A stretch of 53,289 nucleotides of DNA, filler included, from Squatina squatina (lineage: Eukaryota), in NCBI GenBank assembly GCA_031763465.1. It is 3 parts of 2 records of this genome, joined end to end, with 100 filler letters (N's around TTAATTAATTAA, not from the genome) between each part and the next. Parts side by side here need not be neighbours in the genome. Positions count along the whole stretch, not along the records: positions 35,761 to 53,289 come from JARFOE010000016.1; 2 more parts are not named here. One strand, written 5' to 3'. The notes under the pieces were generated by a model. It had not been told where the DNA came from. It was given only the letters and a program-made list of their open reading frames with translations, and ran no database searches. A program made the translations under genes and the position numbers. This document shows, one piece after another, positions 49,361-53,289 of the stretch. The first letter of the stretch is position 1. Each line of letters starts with the position of its first letter.

Positions 49361-50129
49361 GGCAAATATTAGCCTGTTGAAGAAATCTCCCACTGCAAAG
49401 AAGCTTAAGAGGTGCAAAATGTTGATCGAAAGTGAACTTTGAGCGGTACAACTATAGTGAAACGCCCCGCCGCAACTCCTTCTAGCGCCCCGGGTGTGCC
49501 CGCGGGTCAAATTCGCCCATGGGACGCGAGGCTGGCAGCTGTTGTTGCCACGACCTGGTAAAGGGGAGGGCCGGAATGCTGGTGGCCGCCATTTTCTATG
49601 ACAGCCGGATCACCGATGNNNNNNNNNNNNNNNNNNNNNNNNNNNNNNNNNNNNNNNNNNNNNNNNNNNNNNNNNNNNNNNNNNNNNNNNNNNNNNNNNN
49701 NNNNNNNNNNNNNNNNNNCAGCATCGCATTAGGGATCCCCACGATACTACACTGATCTCAATTGCATGTCGAAAAAGGCAAACTTCTCGCCACAGAGATC
49801 GCAAGATCTTTGTGGGCAACTTTCATCGGGGCAGGCCACGAACACCTTTGCTTCACCGCTGACTGCAAATTCCAGGCCAAACAGGCACTTAAGCCTCCAA
49901 TAGGGTGGGGAAGAAGGGTGTGCTCACTCCTAGTTGGAAGTGTGCTGCCTGCCATATTGGTGTAGGCAGTAAAATAGCTGTCATGGGCCCACACCTGAAA
50001 AACAGCTCCTTTACTTATGCAAATAAGGTCCAAATACCTTTTTGAGGCCCCTTATGCAAAGCTAGGTTGCCCTGAATGCAGCTAGCACCAGGTTGGCTGC
50101 ATTCAGGAAAACCAAGCTTACATGTGGCG

Positions 50130-50925
50130 GGAAAAAGAGTGAGAGGCAGTGTGGACCTGGGCGGAGGCTGAGAGAGGCCTTGGTAATAAAAGGTGGCCAG
50201 AGGCACACTCGGCGAGTGGGAAAGAGAGCGAGAGGCAGTGTGGACATGGACAGAGGCTGAGAGAGGCCTCGGTGATAAAAGGCGGCCAGAGGTACACTAC
50301 TTGAGAGTCTTCCTGAGGCCAGAGGCGTGTGACATCACGATTCAGAAAGTGACGCGACGCAGGAGAGGCAGCTGATTGGTAAGTAGGATAGGGTAAGTAT
50401 TTCTACTATTTCTACTATTTTTAAAGTTTAGTAGTTTAAGTAAAGATAAAGACAAGGTCCTTAGATTGTGAGGAAGATCTTTGAGAGTGAAATAAGGCCT
50501 TAGTGTAATTAGTAGTCTTTAATTTAGTTTAATTGAAAGTAATCTAAAGGTAATTCATGGCAGGAGAGCTCGGCCCCGTGGCATGCTCCTCCTGCGCTAT
50601 GTGGGAAATCAGGGACACTTCCAGTGTCCCTGGCGACTATGTGTGCAGGAAGTGTATCCAGCTACAGCTACAGACAGACCGCATTGTGGATCTAGAGCTG
50701 CAGATGGATTCACTGTGGAACAATCCATGATGCTGAGATCGCCGTGGATAGCACATTTAGCAAGGTGGTCGCACCGCAAGTAAAGGCTGCACAGGCAGAA
50801 AAGGGATGGGTTACCACCAGGCAGAGTAGAGGGCTCAGGCAGGTAATGCAGGAGTTCCCTGTGGCCATCCCACTCTCTAACAGGTATACTGCTTTGGATA
50901 CTGTTGGGGGAGATGGCTTTTCAAC
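50130..50925 (+). mobile_element. CR1 5' UTR and ORF1 N-terminus (frameshifted)
   Basis: ATG at 50557: MAGELGPVACSSCAMWEIRDTSSVPGDYVCRKCIQLQL..., then IPLSNRYTALDTVGGD; zinc-finger/leucine-zipper start of CR1 ORF1. Confidence 0.85.
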
Positions 50926-51838
50926 TTGAGTAAGTTTTTCTTTCAATTGTGAGTAGAAATTAANNNNNNNNNNNNNNNNNNNNNNNNNNNNNNNNNNNNN
51001 NNNNNNNNNNNNNNNNNNNNNNNNNNNNNNNNNNNNNNNNNNNNNNNNNNNNNNNNNNNNNNNACAGTGACTACACTTCAAAAATACTTAATTGGCTCTG
51101 AAGCACTCTGGGACGTCCTGAGGTTGTGAAAGGTGCTTATGTATGAATGCAAGTTGTTTCTTCTTAAATCGTACAGTGGGGGCAATAGGTAGACCACAGG
51201 TTTCCAGTAGACTTACCTTTACCCATGCTTCAGCAGCCAGTGTTCAGTAACTAGGGTTAGCTCTGGATGTACGTGACTGTATTTAACACAATTGTACTGT
51301 CTGGAACAGAGCTCCATAAGCAACGGATGTGAGCAGCACCAAGGCCTTTTTGGATGCCCTGCAGTAGAATATTGAGGTAAAGTCACAAGAGCTCAGGCAT
51401 AGAAATATACCGTAAGAACCAGCAACTCTTGTGGTTTTGCTTCAAAAATAATATTATGGAGGACTGACAGCTGGCCATAGCTTTCTGGTACATGTTGACA
51501 GAGGGTAGCTATAGAGTTTTTAGAACAGTCAAATAATCAATGGTGGCAAATAAGGCCAAGCTTTGAACTGACAGTTAAACAATGAATTAAGTTATTCTAT
51601 TTCGCAAGCTCTGCAGCCGAGACCAGTTTATTGGCCTTTGTCACCTTCCTTAATGGAACCAATCACACTTCAATATTCTCAACAGATCTGAATTTCAATA
51701 GAAGCTTTCAGACGTCTGTGATGTACAGCGCAGTGTGGNNNNNNNNNNNNNNNNNNNNNNNNNNNNNNNNNNNNNNNNNNNNNNNNNNNNNNNNNNNNNN
51801 NNNNNNNNNNNNNNNNNNNNNNNNNNNNNNNNNNNNNN

Positions 51839-52562
51839 GGACTTTGGAGAGGAAAGGGAGGTTGGAGATGGGGTGGTAGTTTGCATGGATGGAGGGGTTG
51901 AGGGTTCGTTTTTTGAGGAGTGGGGTGATTGAAGAAGAGGGGAACAGTACCTGAGGAGAGGGAACCGTTAATAATGTCAGCTAACTTGGGAGCCAGAAAA
52001 GGAAGTTGGCTGGTCAGCAGTTTGGTGGGAATGGGGTCTCATGGACAGGATGAGCTCGGAAAGGTCACGAGGGCAGATCGGAGAGAAATTGGAGAAAGAT
52101 GTCGAGTCAGAGGGAGCCTTAGAAGTTTGGCCGGGTGGCCAGGGGAAGGAATGGGAAGTGGCAGAGGCAGCTGAATGGATAATCTCAATCTTGGAGACAA
52201 AGAAGTCCATGAGCTCCTCACACTTATTGTCAGAGGTGAGGGTGGAGATTGGCGAGAGGGATTTAAAAAGACGGTTAGCAGTGGAGAATAGGAGCCGGAG
52301 TTTATCTTTATATTCCAGAAAGGCTCTGGAATAGTGAGCAATGTTGGCAGACGAGAGCAGGACCCGATAATGCTTTATGTGGTCCAGCCAGATCTGGCTG
52401 TGAATGGCTAAACCAGTTGTCCGCCATATCCCTTCAAGTCTGCATCCCTTGGACTTAAGGGAGCGAGGATCAGAGCTGTACCAAGGGGAACGGCCAGGAT
52501 GAGAGAGAGTAATTGTTTTAACAAGGACTAGGGCATCAAAAGTGGTGGTAAGGGTGTGATTC
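51839..52562 (-). mobile_element. L2 LINE ORF2 fragment (endonuclease-RT linker)
   Basis: SPWYS..LKSKGCRLEGIWRTTGL..AHYS..LFSTANRL..FFVSKIEII. Confidence 0.9.
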
Positions 52563-52662
52563 NNNNNNNNNNNNNNNNNNNNNNNNNNNNNNNNNNNNNN
52601 NNNNNNNNNNNNNNNNNNNNNNNNNNNNNNNNNNNNNNNNNNNNNNNNNNNNNNNNNNNNNN

Positions 52663-53289
52663 AGGATGAAGGGGTCGAGGGTTGGATTTTTGAGAGGGGT
52701 GATGACGGCAGACTTGAGGGAGAGGGGGACCGTACCTGAGGAGAGAGAAAACAGTTAACAATGTCAGCTAACATGGGAGCCAGAAAAGGAAGTTGGGTGG
52801 TCAGCAGTTTGGTGGGAATCGGGCCAAGGGAGCAGAAAGTGGGTCTCGTGGATGAACTCCGAGATCATGAGAGATTGGAGAGAAACTGGAGAAAATATGA
52901 AGTCCGGGCTAAGGCAGGGGGGATCCTTAGAGGAAGTTTGGCACGGTGGCCTAGGGGAAGGAAGGGAAGAGGCAGAGGTGGCCGAACGGATGGTCTCAAT
53001 CTTAAAGACAAAGTAGTCCATGAGCTCCTCACATTTATTTTCGGAGGTAGGGGTGGAGACTGGGGAGTGGGGTTTTAAAAAATGGTTAGCAGTGGAGAAT
53101 AGAAGCTGAGGTTTATCTTTACATTCCAGAATGATTCTGGAATCGTGAGCAATTTTGGGAGATGAGGAGGACCCGATAATGCTCTGTGGTCCAGCCAGAT
53201 CTGGCGATGAATGGCTAAACCAGTTGTCCGCCATATCCATTCAAATCTACGTCCCTTGGACTTAAGAGAGCGAAGATCAGGGCTGTACT
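52663..53289 (-). mobile_element. Second L2 ORF2 fragment covering the same region
   Basis: KIAHDSRIILECKDKPQLLFSTANHFLKP..MDYFVFKIETIR; paralogous to 51839-52490. Confidence 0.9.

Overview
Eukaryotic, gap-riddled draft sequence, most likely from a cartilaginous fish (inferred from SacSINE1-like DeuSINEs and shark-type CR1, L2, Tx1 and Penelope repeats). Two artificial N44-TTAATTAATTAA-N44 linkers (20200-20299, 35661-35760) split it into three probably unrelated segments. Segment 1 (1-20199) holds a 32-bp satellite, a heavily decayed env/fusion-glycoprotein-like relic (tentative), a Penelope tail with a hammerhead ribozyme motif, and repeat-poor, enhancer-like DNA. Segment 2 (20300-35660) holds two VWA exons of a FACIT collagen (COL20A1/COL14A1-like). 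Segment 3 (35761-53289) holds three CAND2-like exons (minus strand, missed by the ORF track), facing head-to-head across a gap two SEC13 exons (plus strand), followed by retroelement debris. Most entries in the supplied ORF track are spurious or transposon fragments. Family assignments are from recalled motifs, not database searches.
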